From positions 7,256,001-7,320,000 of the forward strand of contig NC_087245.1 of assembly GCF_037042905.1 (NCBI RefSeq): a DNA stretch of 64,000 bases, given 5' to 3'. Numbering within the stretch: the first letter of the stretch is position 1; each line of letters begins with the position of its first letter. Positions 37,065-50,931 of the stretch are shown here, one piece after another. A model generated the notes under the pieces. The model saw nothing but the letters and a program-made list of their open reading frames with translations, ran no database searches and was not told the DNA's origin. Source of the stretch: Lytechinus pictus. Taxonomy: Eukaryota. Made by a program: the position numbers and the translations under genes.

Positions 37065-37307
37065 ACAATGAAGATCCAGTCATCAGTGGATGTCCAAGTA
37101 ATCAAGATGCCAACACAGACAGTGGTAATGCTACAGCTTTAGTAACCTGGACACCACCTACAGCAACAGATAACTCTGGTACTCAGACACTGACATCCAC
37201 TGCCAATCCTGGAGATTACTTCCCCATTGGAAACAACACAGTGAATTACACATCAACAGATTCGGCTGGAAATACAGATACATGTACTTTCTACATATCT
37301 GTTACTG
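37065..37307 (+). CDS. HYR exon 23 (array)
   Basis: TTAG|ACAAT..CTG|GTAAGT. Confidence 0.92.
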
Positions 37308-37565
37308 GTAAGTAATCTTGAAAGAACCTTTTCTATCAACTAGGAATTGCTTGTGAACATCTGAATGATTAAGATCATTTTATTTTCTTAAAGATATCTT
37401 CAAGAAATTCATACAGTATAGAAATAGATTTCAGCCTCAGATGTTTGTTATTGACTAGGTCACTATCTTGGCCAATTTTTTGCATTCTCATTTGTTTTTT
37501 ATTTTTTCTACTAAAGATGATAATTCAGAATAAATACCGATGAACTTATCTTGTTCTCTTCTCAG

Positions 37566-37808
37566 ACAATGAAAACCCAGTCATCAGTGGATGTCCAAGT
37601 AATCAATATGTCAACACAGACAGTGGTAATGCTACAGCTTTAGTAACCTGGACACCACCTACAGCAACTGATAATTCTGGTACTCAAACACTGAAATCCA
37701 CTGCCAATCCTGGAGATTACTTCCCTATTGGAAATACCACAGTGAATTACAAATCAACAGATGCTGCTGGAAATACAGATACATGTACTTTCTACATATC
37801 TGTTACTG
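37566..37808 (+). CDS. HYR exon 24 (array)
   Basis: TCAG|ACAAT..CTG|GTTAGT. Confidence 0.9.
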
Positions 37809-38058
37809 GTTAGTAATCTTGAAAGAACCTTATCTACATGTATCAACTTGGATTTGCTGCTGAATGATTAAAATCATTTCATTTTGTCATTTGTGCACCA
37901 TAAAAACTCGATTTCGGGATCAGATGTTTGTCATTGAGTAAGTGTACAATCTTGGCACTTTTTTGCCTTTTCTTAAGAAGGCAATAGTTTGTATCTCTAA
38001 AGATGAAAATTCAGGGTAAAATACAGAGATAATTAAAATTTTCTTATGTTGTATTTAG

Positions 38059-38301
38059 ACAATGAAGATCCAGTCATCAGTGGATGTCCAAGTAATCAAA
38101 ATGTCAACACAGACACGGGTAATGCTACAGCTTTAGTAACCTGGACACCACCTACAGCAACAGATAGCGCTGCTAACCAAACACTGACATCTACAGCCAA
38201 TCCTGGAGATTACTTCCCCATTGGAAACAACACAGTGAATTACACCTCAACAGATGCTTCTGGAAATATAGATACATGTACTTTCTACATATCTGTTACT
38301 G
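38059..38301 (+). CDS. HYR exon 25 (array; TDSAAN variant)
   Basis: TTAG|ACAAT..CTG|GTAAGT. Confidence 0.92.
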
Positions 38302-38564
38302 GTAAGTAATCTTGAAAGCACTTTTTCTATCAACTAGGAATTGCTTGTGAACATCTGAATGATTAAAATCATTTCATTTTCTTAAAGATATCTTCAAGAA
38401 ATTCATACAGTATAAAAAATAGATTTCAGCCTCAGATGTTTTTATTGAATAGGTCACAATCTTGACCACTCTTTGCGTTCTCGTTCGTTTTTTCCGTTTT
38501 TTTTTTATACTAAAGATGATAATTCAGAATAAATACTGATGAACTTATTTTGTTCTCTCCTCAG

Positions 38565-38807
38565 ACAATGAGAATCCAGTCATCAGTGGATGTCCAAGTA
38601 ATCAAGATGTCAACACAGACAATGGTAATGCTACAGCTGTAGTAACCTGGACACCACCTACAGCAACAGATAATTCTGGTACTCAGACACTGACATCCAC
38701 TGCCAATCCTGGAGATTACTTCCCTATTGGAAACAACATAGTGAATTACACCTCAACAGATGCTGCTGGAAATACAGAAACATGTACTTTCTACATCAAT
38801 GTGACAG
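38565..38807 (+). CDS. HYR exon 26 (last of array)
   Basis: TCAG|ACAAT..CAG|GTAAAC. Confidence 0.92.
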
Positions 38808-39185
38808 GTAAACAATCTTGTAATCACATCTTCTGTTGACTCTTGATATCATTCACATGAGCAAATGTCTAGTATTTAGGGCCAACATGTTAAAATGTGC
38901 AAGAAGTACCCATGGGTGTACCAACCTTAGGTTTTAAGGATCAAGTGCTGGATCTTTCAAAATGAATAGGATAATCATGGATGAGGTCATAAACACTTAT
39001 CCTTGTTTTTAAGTACAATGGGATCAACGCAAATGGTGCAATATTGCCATGTGAACACTAACAGCAAATTTGGATCAGATTTTTTTTTTTTTAAACTCAG
39101 TTGGAGGTCATAACTAGAGAAGGATTTGCCCTTTTTTTAATTTTATTCTGGCCATAATGATAAGGTTCAATGGGAATAACATATG

Positions 39186-39340
39186 GGGCCCATTTCATAA
39201 AGGACTTGCAACTGTTGTAACTTTGCCATAACTGCCATGGTAACAGGGCTCAGCAGCCAATCAAGATCAAGGTTACCATGGTAGTTGACATAATGGCAAA
39301 GTTACAACAGTTGCAAATCCTTTATGACTGAGACAGGCCT
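39186..39340. mobile_element. Palindromic short MITE (same broad family as 14998-15155)
   Basis: GGGCCCCATTTCATAAAGGACTTGCAACTGTTGTAACTTTGCCAT / ATGGCAAAGTTACAACAGTTGCAAATCCTTTATG. Confidence 0.65.
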
Positions 39341-39465
39341 CAGGTTGACACTGTTTCCATATTCCATATTAAAATGAAAGGTACATACACATTCTTGCAT
39401 CACAGATCAGTACTTTATGCATGATTTCATGTGCCAGGGATAGTATCTGTGAAAATTGGTGATAA

Positions 39466-41110
39466 GGGCTATTCCACGGTTACTCACGTTACATTTGGAG
39501 ACACCTTGACTCATACTTGGAGCTGTAACTCCATTATTATTGATAGGAACTAAACATCTCCTTATCACAACAAAGTACACAGTCTGACTATCATTTGTAT
39601 AAAAACAAAACTTGGGAAATTTTATTATGCTCCTGGCAAATCTTTGGAATGTGTCGGTTACTCACGTTACATGATTTGGACATGCATAAAATGAAAAGTC
39701 GACATAAGTGAAAAGTCTCCTCATACAAGGCTTTTATGAAAGTTGATTATATCCATTTCAAAGAAGTATATTAGGGAGACAAACTTTGTACATAATTAAA
39801 AAAATAAAGAACACATGGTTTTTACTTGGGGTCCAGATAATATGGTTACTCACGTTACGGTTACTCACGTTACATTTTGTCCATGTATAGTAAACAACAC
39901 AAATGTCATTAAAAATTCAATGTGTGTAAAATTCATTGCTAGGAACATCAAAAAGAGAGATTTTATACAAAAAAATGGAACAATTGGAGCTTTATTAGGA
40001 AGTAAGAGGGAAAAGTATGATTTTGCTTACTAATTATGCATAAATTAGCATAATTGCTTAATACCAATTTGAATGAAATAAATTACTGGATAGTATTGTA
40101 GATTATGTCCAAGACAACCTGCGTGCAAATTTTTGGCGTGATCGTGCAGCCAATGGCCGAGATCTCAAGGGGGGCCTGGGAGGCCCCACCCACCCCACCC
40201 CCCCCCCCCCCGGGCCATATTAACTCCCAAAATACCCCAGCCTAGATAGGGTTACAGGTAAGGACATTCAATGTGTTGTTCGAACACTCTTTAAAGTTTG
40301 GTTAATCGAAACCAAGTCTTACTAATGCACTCTCGCATTGTGAATACTTCTACTAATATTCAATTTTGTGTGTGATTGTATGACCACTGATATTTTGATG
40401 AACAAAGAGTCACATCAAAGAGGTGTACCCTCATTTTGCTTTTAATTAATCAAAAATAACTTCACAACTCACCATGAGACTTAAAACTTGACATCCCACA
40501 GAAAATGTTACCTAACTGCATCATTTTTACTGGTTACTCACATTACATGATGGTTACTCACGTTACAAAGTTACTCACGTTACAGTTTTTCTTCATCATT
40601 TTTATAAAAAATTGTACTTTTTAATGATTTTGATAGTCATCACTGTGTCAAAGATTGTTTGAAGGAAGAGAATTTAAAATCCCACCAATTAACTGTGAAG
40701 AATTTTTCTCTCAGAAAACAAAGTCAGTTTTTTCGGTTACTCACGTTACATCACCTGACCAGGTTGCAATATTCATTTTTGAATGAGTACTACTAATTTG
40801 CTTGAAAAGCTGTTGTGTATTTTAGGTAATTTGACTCTTCTAAACTTCATAAATATATAAAGTGGTATGTTGTTGCAATAACAAAATGGTAATAAGGCAT
40901 ATTTCATTTTTCACTATTTTTCTTGTATTTTGGTACAGAATGGAAGACACAACTTTTGACCATTTTTTTCCAAAGTATAGATATGAAAATAAACTTTATA
41001 TTTTTTGTTCCTGAAACTATTATGTATGAAGGACTTAAAGTATTAAAAAATTCAAGAAAATATTGAATTTGAATTTTTAAGCTCATGTCCACCAACCTGT
41101 GGAATTGCCC
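39466..41110. mobile_element. Sola2-like non-autonomous element with a nested piggyBac-like fragment
   Basis: ATAA|GGGCTATTCCAC..GTGGAATTGCCC|ATAA, 4-bp TSD; about 8 internal GGTTACTCACGTTAC motifs. Confidence 0.75.
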
Positions 41111-41261
41111 ATAATGATATCAATATGCAATACTTGTGCAGCACTAATACAATTTTCCTGAGCACTGCACTCTACTACCCCTGCATTTGCATGTGTACCT
41201 TGATCAGGTGCTCAAGCATTCAAGGAGTTTCTACACTAGTGTTAGTAAGAGTCGTCACTAA

Positions 41262-41755
41262 AGGACAAGTCTGCCCAACAAATGTTGATTTGAATAAAGG
41301 AGAAAAATCCAAAAATCATAACACTGAAAATTTTATGAAATTTTAAAGTTTTGTTAGATTTCACACAAGAGTGATATGCACATTCTGGTCAGTATGCAGA
41401 TAAGGGACTGATGAAGTCGCTCACTCACTATTTCTTTTCTGTTTCATTTATAAAAAGTTCCTCCCTGAACATGTAGAATTACCTTTGTCAACATTTTTAT
41501 TGTTCAGTCAAGTTGGCCAATTGTCACATCGTTAAAATTGAAATATTGTATCATATAATTCAAACAGGAAAAACAAAAGAAATAGTGAGTGAGGGACATC
41601 ATTGACTATCTCTCTTGCATACCACTGAGTTGTGCATATAATTGTTCAAGGGAAACTTTAAAATGCCATAACTTTCCTCTGATTTTGATGGAAATCTGTG
41701 TTCTGCTTGTTTGATTTTTCTCTATTCAAATCAATATTTTTCTGGGGTGGACTTT
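41262..41755. mobile_element. Degenerate Kolobok-like MITE
   Basis: TAAAGGACAAGTCTGCCC ... GGGGTGGACTTTAA imperfect inverted ends. Confidence 0.45.
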
Positions 41756-42499
41756 AAATTAGATTTCCAGTTTCGTAGACATCTCCACATTTGTTGAATC
41801 ATGCTAAGAGGATAGGTTTTACTGTGTATTAATCAATAAGATTACATGTTACATATCATGTGTGTGTCAGCATTCAAGCATGACTCTTAAATCACACTTT
41901 ATAACTCCTTGTGAAACAGTCCCCCGGATGGGAGGTGTCAAATGTGTGCATGGGCACCTTGTCAAAAGATGCAAGGGGTGCCATGGGATTTGAACCTTGT
42001 GGCATAGTAGGTCCTGATGAACTGCTCATTCATGGCTTTGCACTCCTCGAAAAGGGAGTTATTTAAAAAAAAGTCCCTCATTTGAGCCTTTCCTCTGTAG
42101 CATCTGTGCCGGGCTAATTTTGTACATCACAATTTGTACGACTAATACTCTCATATGAAGAGCCACTTCAGCAAATGACTCTTTTCCCTACTCATTTGTT
42201 GAATTGGATTCCATATTCACTAACAATATATATGAAAGGTTTAAAGCCATCAACTGTTCTTTTTTATCTTTTGCTTTTGCTTCAATTCTGTGAATCTGTT
42301 CAAATGCATTATTTGTCTTTGTTTCGTTTTCTGCCTTTTGTATTATCTTGTGCCATTTTCAATATTGTTGACAATAGTTGTGTTGAGAAAGATCATTCTC
42401 ACACCTGGAAAATGACAATGAATTAATTTTATCATGTTCCTGCCAATAAATGATGACTAAATTCTTTTCAAATATACAAACTTTGTTTATTTTACATAG

Positions 42500-42739
42500 A
42501 TATCGAGCAGCCTGTCCTAAGCTGTCCTAATAAGATCTCCCAGAACACTGAGCCTGGTCTCCCGATAGCCACGGTCAATTGGATTGATGCTATGGTAACT
42601 GACAACTCCGGATCGTTCAACTTGTCATCAGATTTCTCTAGTCCTGCTAACTTCACCATTGGGCAACATGCAGTCACCTTTACTGCACGTGATCCGTATG
42701 GCAATGAGGCAGCCTGTACTTTCTATATTATTGTTACTG
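42500..42739 (+). CDS. HYR exon 27 (copy of exon 16)
   Basis: ATAG|ATATC..CTG|GTGAGA; 240 nt. Confidence 0.9.
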
Positions 42740-43737
42740 GTGAGATACTTCACAAAAATCATGTAACCAACAGGTGAAAAGTTAATATTGAGGTTTCTTG
42801 AGGACTATTTGGTGTTAGACCAAGATTTACATCATCATAGCACCAAATTTTAAATGTATCTGCTTTTTGGACATAATATTAGAAATATGATTTTGATCAT
42901 TTTTTTACCACACTAAATTTTGGAGCTCGGGAAGGCATCATGAATTTTGCTTTCAACACAAGAACCAACAGTTAACTTGAATTCGGCCAATGATTCATTT
43001 ATTGCATGACTTTGAGAATCTTTCAGTGTAGTCTTTTCTTCCGGAATTGATTTTTCTCACTCTCTTCTGTTTTACAAGAAAGGTTGTAAATAATGTGCTT
43101 AAATAATCATGTCCTGAGCAGTCAATGAAATGTTTTGTGGAGAAAAAATTTAGAAAATTGGGGCCAACATTTAAAAAGGTTGAACATTTTATTTAATTTC
43201 CCAGATGAGATATTATTTGCCCTCAGATTTTATGAGTTAGCCTTCCATGTTATGTGACCCTCCTTTCAAAACCAAAGATTTGCCGGAGAAAGTTCTCAAA
43301 AATTAATACTTAGAAAACCAGCTTATTCAAAAGAATAAATGTATCTTATTCATACTGTCAAATTTTGATGTTGTACATGTATAAAGATGAGATAAGTTTC
43401 TTTGACACTACATACACTGTATGTCCAGACTGCTTGGATGTTTCATTGAGATTGCACAGTGTACATATTTTATTCTTGAGTGAACCACAAAATTAATAAA
43501 CCTTTTTTTTCCCCTTTTTGAAGCTCTCACTGAATTTCTTCTTTCAATAAAGTACTTGGAAGGTATTCTGAGGTCATTTTATCTTTAAAATATTTTATTT
43601 TATCTCTTAAAATGAAATTGGTATTTTGAGATGACATTTTATCTCTGAGATAAAATTTAAAATTATATCTTGCTTATAGATTTTATCTTGCGTATCTATA
43701 TGACAGAGCAGTGCATGGGTGGGTTACCAAGCACGTA

Positions 43738-43910
43738 TTTTACTATGCAATGCAGATGATGTGCTTCCGTTCATGTTACTTTGAAGAAAAAATAAAATAA
43801 ACTTAAGAGGATAGGAGCTATTTTACCATGCAATGCAGATGATGTGCTTCTGCCCATGTTACTTTGAAGAAAAAATAAAATAAACTTAAAAGAGGATAGG
43901 AGCTATTTTA
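43738..43910. repeat. ~80-bp tandem duplication
   Basis: TTTTAC(T/C)ATGCAATGCAGATGATGTGCTTC..GAGGATAGGAGCTATTT twice. Confidence 0.85.
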
Positions 43911-44767
43911 TCTCCGCGACGTTGATTTCATCAATATTTCTAGGTGAATCAACTCCAAATGTTGACATGAAAATGAAGAAAAATAATATATTTATTGAGA
44001 ATGACACCAAAATGTTATTCCTGTACAATCAGGAATTATTTCATAAGACTTTTTAAACTAATATTGTCTTTGAAAATATGCGATAGAGAATTCAAAAAAA
44101 AGGTGAGAGTATTGCCATTCTTTTAAAAAGAAATCTCTGTAAAGACTCGCAAGCGTGCACTGCAAGCGTATTTGAAGTCAATAAATTGATGTAATCTCAC
44201 TCCTTTGCCACACCTCTTGGCAGAATGGATTTCCATTGTTTGAGTGAGATGAAAGAGCTATAAAAGCATGTTTCTCATTGGATATTTATTCAAAAATAGG
44301 TGTGCCTTACAGATATAAAATGAAAATAAAATTGTTCTCAGAATACCAATTCGGAGAGGGGAGATAAAATATTTTATTTTATCTGAGATGAAATGGATCT
44401 CAGAATACCACCACCCCTTATCTTTATCTTTAAAGTGATTTATCTTTACTCAATTTTGACAAGCTGTGTTATTTTTAAGCTTTGTATGTGCTTTTCAAGC
44501 TCAATAAAAATCTCAAATTCATTTTGGTTGACTTATTGTTGGCTCTGGGGTGGCAGGTCAAATATACTTTATTCATCTCTTTGGTTAAGATAAGATGTGT
44601 ACGAATATCAAGGATTGTGTTTTAAACTTTATGTTTTTGGTGTAAAAGGTAATTCATGTTTCACAGTAGACTTGACAAGATACCCATCATCATCTGAATC
44701 TGAATTGGATTAGACAGCATTGTGAAGAGGTCTTTAGTAAATCTTTCTAATGTGATTTTATGTTCAG

Positions 44768-45016
44768 ATGGAGAAAGCCCGGTGATTTCTGGTTGCTCCA
44801 GTAACATTACAGTGAATTCTTCTGCTGGTCTCCCTGTTGCCGAGGTATCATGGACAGAACCAAAGGTAACAGAGAACTCCGGCAACTACACTTTGAGCCA
44901 AACTCAAGGAAGTCCTTCTGGAAGTAATTTTTCTCTTGGAGATACTCTAATTATGTACATAGCTATGGATAATGGAGGGCTCATGGACAGCTGTCAATTC
45001 ACCATTACGGTTCTTG
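44768..45016 (+). CDS. HYR exon 28
   Basis: TCAG|ATGGA..TTG|GTAAGT; 249 nt. Confidence 0.9.
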
Positions 45017-47058
45017 GTAAGTTATTATTGAAAATATAAAAGTAACTTTGTTTGGGAGGGTGGTGTTTCACATATTGGGGTTGATATATTATGAGAATGA
45101 AATAAATATCCATAATATTGGTATCTAAGGAAAGCCTGAGTACTTTATTTATAACCTGTTCATCCACATTTTTAATCACAATAATCTTCTGGTTTTTGAG
45201 ATATCCTCAATTGAAATCCGCCAAAATAGCATCTTCCATGAGCTTGTAAATGTGTCAGTCCGTATGATGCACATCATGCCTTGGGAATATTCAAGTCACC
45301 TGCTGCTTTACAGAAAGTAAATGAAAGAGCTAGAGAGAAACTACATGTATTAGTGTTTATCTGTGGAAATAAATTTGAATTGAATTGAATGTGTTTTAAG
45401 AAGGTTAAAATTTGAATAACTCAAAACCATATTTATTCATATCATCTACAGTATGAATACATGTCATACTCTGCTGGCTTGTGAGTTTTGGATGTTTACA
45501 ATGGGCTATTTGATGTTTTTACCAAGTATTTTTTTTCTTGCTGACTTTGGCGAGATTGCCTGTGTTTGCTGTAGATCCAGTTGTTTTTGTTTTTGTGGTA
45601 GCTCATGTTGCGGAAAGGGCAGGCACATTGTTTAACATAAATCAGGACAAGTGGAAGATTAGAGAATGTTCAGCGGTTTGGTTTCCCATAATTTTCTTTT
45701 CTCTTGTCCTGATTGCGCTCTTGACATGACAATCCATGTCTTAATCATTAATATAAAAATTGTATGCAGAAATATTCACTGTACAGTATATTCATTGAGA
45801 TTGTGTGCTAAGCATTACTTAGACAAATGATATTCAATCACAAAAATGTTATCTGCTCAGAACTAAAAGACAGGACATGTTTGTTAATACTCAATGTAAT
45901 AGGCCTATTATAAAAATTGTTTTCAAAATACTTGAATATGAAACCTGTTTTATGCAATTTTTAAGACATACACATTTGATAAATAGTACATGTGATCGCA
46001 GTTTAGTCATCATTTAACTAGCCATTAGCCCTTCTTCCCTAATATTCCCCTCATACACCATATATATGGCAAACATTGTCTGTTTATTGAGCCTTGTTTC
46101 CCTGAGCGAGATGCTAATAATCTTCCCAAAAGAATGTTTTATGGGGATATACAAAGAAACTGTTTATTGCATAATATTGCTTCATTATTTTCCTCTGAAT
46201 GAGGTGAAAATCTAAACAAAATTAACCAAGCTTCCAGCACCAATATAAGCTTGGCTCTTGGGATAGTATTTATGTGGGTTTGTACTATGCCTCTACACAA
46301 CACAGAAATGCAATACTATTGTGTGATGTTACACTCATTCTGGGAGTGTAGTTGTATTTCAAACTTCCAAATTTTAGCTTAATTTCAGTTTTGTGAAACA
46401 CCCCCCCCCCCCCTGATTAAAGATGAAAATTGATGATTCTGCTGTTACTCCAATGGGTACCACCATACTTGCCTTCTAGAAAGCATGGCCTCTGTGTTTC
46501 GCAAGAACTGCAATCATTTTCTCCTTTTAAGTTATTTAATGCTGTTTCTTCTTATAAAAATATGGTAGTGTTGGTCATACATTACACAGGTTGTGTAATC
46601 AGATCAATTTCATATCAGGAGGGAGTACATTGATCTTTTGATGAATTCTAGTAATTGAACACTCTACAAGAATCGTATTTTGATCTGATAAAGACTTAGA
46701 GAGTTATTCCTGATACATGCATTTGTAGGAAAGACAATGTTTTGCAGTTAGAATTATAAATTATAATTTATAATTTGAACCCGTGTGTAGTTTCTGTATT
46801 CTCCACAATTATTTCTGTGAAATCTCAAAATAAATGTAAAGTCTTAAGGTTCAGTTAGGCTGATGCGGGATTTATTGAACAAAAATTGACTATTTCTTTG
46901 TGAATGTGATAAACCAAAGGGAGAAATTGATGATCACTACATGTGTAATTCCTGATACATCTCTTATAACATCCAGATTGATATTTCCATATGAGAATAA
47001 TTCCTCTCAATTGTAAATACGACATTGAGATCAACCTTGTTATGGCGATTTGTTTCAG

Positions 47059-47298
47059 ATGTGGAAGCCCCCGTCTTGGTGTGTCCAGACAATGTGATGA
47101 ATAACACCGAATCGGGCCTGAACTCTGCAAACCTGACCTGGATGGAACCAACATATTCTGACAACTCTGGCAATGTGAATGTTACTTCTGATTATCCGTC
47201 TGGTGCTCGGTTTGGTATTGGCACAACCGTGGTTACATACACTGCTGAAGATAACTCAGGAAACACTGCAACTTGTTCATTCAATATCACTGTGTATG
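47059..47298 (+). CDS. HYR exon 29
   Basis: TCAG|ATGTG..ATG|GTGAGT; 240 nt. Confidence 0.92.
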
Positions 47299-47624
47299 GT
47301 GAGTGTCATTTCAGACATGTAGGGATTCACTGTACACAAACTTTAGCACTAGACCGTAAGGCTGATTTTTGATGCATGATTGCTTTGATCAATGTGTGCA
47401 ATCGTGGAGGTAAAATGGATTGAGTGACAACACATCAATTCATGTAGCTTCCATTTTCTATTTTCTAGTGCGCCTTGAGCACTCTACAGAGTGGATTTGG
47501 CGCTTTACAAGTTACATTGTTATTATACATGTATTCATATCAAATGTTAACCTTTTCATAAGCTTGTTGGGTATCAGTAAACTGTGAAGAATTATTGAAG
47601 AATTTCACTCTTGTGTGTTTTCAG

Positions 47625-47867
47625 ATGAGGAGCTTCCCACATTCACACCTTGTCCCTCGGACATCGCAGTAGACCAGAACAATGGCACCAACTTTGCATC
47701 CGTTTCCTTCGGCAATATCACAATCAATGACAATGATGTTGTGACGGTTACCAATTACAGCCACAACTCTGGGGACACCTTCTTCATTGGTGATACCCAG
47801 GTTACAATCTATGCTGAAGATGCATCTGAAAACAACAACACTTGTCAATTTATGGTTACTGTTCGTG
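47625..47867 (+). CDS. HYR exon 30
   Basis: TCAG|ATGAG..GTG|GTGAGT; 243 nt. Confidence 0.92.
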
Positions 47868-48303
47868 GTGAGTCAATCAAAGCCTTCTACTCATTGCAAG
47901 TATTTTTTTATTCACTTGATGGATGTTGTAAATCCTTTTTAAATGTCAAAACTGACATTTTGCTTTTGTTATTTGAATTGTATTTTAAATACTTTCCCTC
48001 TTGGAAGCACACTTGAATTGAGATGAAAGCATAGTTGATAGACAAAACTTGAGAATTCAAACATGACTCTACAATTTCATCAAGTGTATACATCTGACCC
48101 TCCCTACATGTAAGAACTATTTGATGTGGCTTATCTCTGCTGTCTACTTGATGTGAAAGGTCATGTTCTCAAATTGAAACGGCTTAAGCCATTTATGAAG
48201 TGAAGTAAGAATTGGAAAATAGGAGGGCAGACATGTAGAAAAGTTGAATGATTTATGGCATTGTCCTGTGGTAATGAATCTCTTTTCCCTTTTTCGTATT
48301 CAG

Positions 48304-48543
48304 ACACCGAGGATCCCGTACTTGACTGTCTATCAGACATCGTTGTGAATGCCACAGCTGGACAACCAAATGCCGTAGTAAATTGGATTCCTCCCAATGC
48401 TACTGATAACTCTGGCACTTATGATCTGACCTTTAATAAAGAGGTTGGCTCAACCTTTGATATCGGTTCCTTTGAAGTGGTTTATATAGCATCAGATGAT
48501 GCTGGAAACACAGACAGGTGTACCTTCATGGTCACTGTACAAG
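48304..48543 (+). CDS. HYR exon 31
   Basis: TCAG|ACACC..AAG|GTGAGA; 240 nt. Confidence 0.92.
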
Positions 48544-49059
48544 GTGAGAGAACTTTGGAGCTCTATGGGCATATTATTTGGTGTCATCAGGCCATCTGAA
48601 GGATGCTGTCTGTCATTAACTAGATGGCTGAGGTGTGTAAAACTGGTACTTAACTACAGGGTAGAGTTCCCTACGCTTGCAAATTGGGTCCTTATTGTTC
48701 AAAGATGGTGACTGCCCTTGATGCAAGGTCTCATTCATTCATTGACTACCGGGTAAACTGATCGAATAGACAAATTCCTTGAGCACAGCTCCCACATGTA
48801 CCTGTTGCTGTCCATGCATCCGATGCAATACCAGTCCTCTCAATTCACATATTCAAGACAACTATCTACATTTTTATGTAAATAAGATTATTATCACATG
48901 CTCCTAGTTTGTCAACAGGGCATCTAATATCCTGAAGTGATATTCAAATAACTAAATTCTTCCATAAACTAGTATGCAGCATTATGCAACAATGCATTTA
49001 TGTTTATGAGCCTTGATTTAGTATAGATTGATAATATCATGGCTTGTATTTCTTTACAG

Positions 49060-49296
49060 ATGTTGAGGACCCAGTCTTCACGTTCTGCCCAACCAATCAA
49101 GAGGCCTTTGCATACATCAATGTAAGCGTTGATTGGATAATACCACAGGCCAGTGACAATTCCCTTGGGCCCATCTTGCTGACATCTAATTATGCAAATG
49201 GTACTGAATTTCCAGTTGGGAACTACACTGTCACTTACACGGCTGCTGATCCATCCTCCAACTCTGCAACATGTTCCTTCATTGTTACAGTTTATG
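49060..49296 (+). CDS. HYR exon 32
   Basis: ACAG|ATGTT..ATG|GTTAGT; 237 nt. Confidence 0.9.
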
Positions 49297-49702
49297 GTTA
49301 GTTCATCGATGGATATCACATTCCTTTGTTCATTTATCATTACTAGACCAGTCAACTTACTCAGTATGTGCCAGCATTATATGGTTCTTAAAGTTGGATG
49401 TACTGAAAAGTTGAGACTTTGAAAATTGAAGTTATTTAACTTTATACATTTTGGAGTCTTTTATTTATAGCAGTGTTCACCTTCCTTACAATTATTTTGA
49501 TGTTAGCACTAGTTGTATTTTGCATTTCTATATTCACATGATTAAGTAGCCAAGAACTAAAGTATACATATTTACAAACAGATTTTTACCATACCACAGT
49601 GGAATGATTCTTTTAATGAAGCCTTTTCAATTATTTGTTTCCCTCCAGGGAAACCTTCAGAATTCATTTTTATTGATAGCAACCATTTTATTCACTCCTC
49701 AG

Positions 49703-49951
49703 CTAATGATTCAGTGGTACCGTTCATCATGTGTCCAAATGACATCATGCTAGACACTTTTACTGGCTTAGACTACAGGAATATAACGTGGGGTGCACTC
49801 ACCTACTCAGACAACATGGAAGTAGTGTCTGTGGACTCAAACTATCTCAATAATAGTTCTCCGTTTTATATTGGTACATCAGTGGTCATGTATAATGTCA
49901 CTGACCGAGCTGGCAACGTTGCATCCTGTGACTTCTCTGTGACAGTGCTTG
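49703..49951 (+). CDS. HYR exon 33
   Basis: TCAG|CTAAT..TTG|GTGAGC; 249 nt. Confidence 0.88.
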
Positions 49952-50007
49952 GTGAGCTTTTCATATGATTCCAATAAAGTAAAGCTAGTGTTTAGTTTAC
50001 ATCTTAA

Positions 50008-50931
50008 GGACGTTCCACAGTTATGTTTGTGCGCATTATAATCTGCGCATAGTTTACACTCTGCATGCTGATGTCACAATGGATGAACAGTTGATTAATT
50101 AGCTGCGGGTATGAGCTGATTTTTCTCATCTTCTGCACTTTAACTGCAGATCCGATGTGTTATTTCATGAAGCTAAAAAGTGGAATTATTCCATGGACCA
50201 TTAGAAAAAATTCTCTACAATTTCAAAATACTTTACTCTGCAGTGCTGCCAAGAATCACAAATATTACACCGAGTTTGAATAAATGGTAGAGTGGTTTTG
50301 ATTTTTTCTTCACATAGATACAAAGCATTCGGCGCATTTTTGGTGTTTTAAAAGGCACATTTGCTCTAATAAAAATGCTAATAGTTTAAAAACAAGCACA
50401 TGAACCCCTATTTTTTAATGTTTGTACCTCTTAGGTATACCTTCCTCTACAACTCTGCAAATTTTGGTGAAAATGACATGGATTTTGAATAAAGTGCAGC
50501 ATTCATTGTACGTTTGTAGTTTGTTACTGAAATTTCACATTTTTTAGATTTGGATTTTGTTATCTTTTACACCATTTTTAAGAACTGGCAGTGCTGTTAA
50601 ACTTAAAATTGCAAACAAATAGCACTATAAATAGACTCTCCATTCTAACGATACAATTATTAACTCTCTTGCGAAATTTGATGACTTTTTCATGTATTTT
50701 GACTGATTAATAGAGGTTTAAACTCATTGTAGTAATCTTGGGCAGTCTAAAAATGCCAAATTCTTTTGAATGCGCAATTTTTAAGAACATCAATTTGGGT
50801 GAACTTTGAAGCTCTATAGCAAAAAATCAAGCACATGGACCTATGTTAATTTTTGCATATTTCGAATATATTAAGGTTCTAAAGAATCTATGTTCAAATG
50901 ACATGGATTTCACTTTAACTGTAGAAAGTCC
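50008..50931. mobile_element. Kolobok-like non-autonomous element
   Basis: TTAA|GGACGTTCCACAGTTA..TAACTGTAGAAAGTCC|TTAA. Confidence 0.75.
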
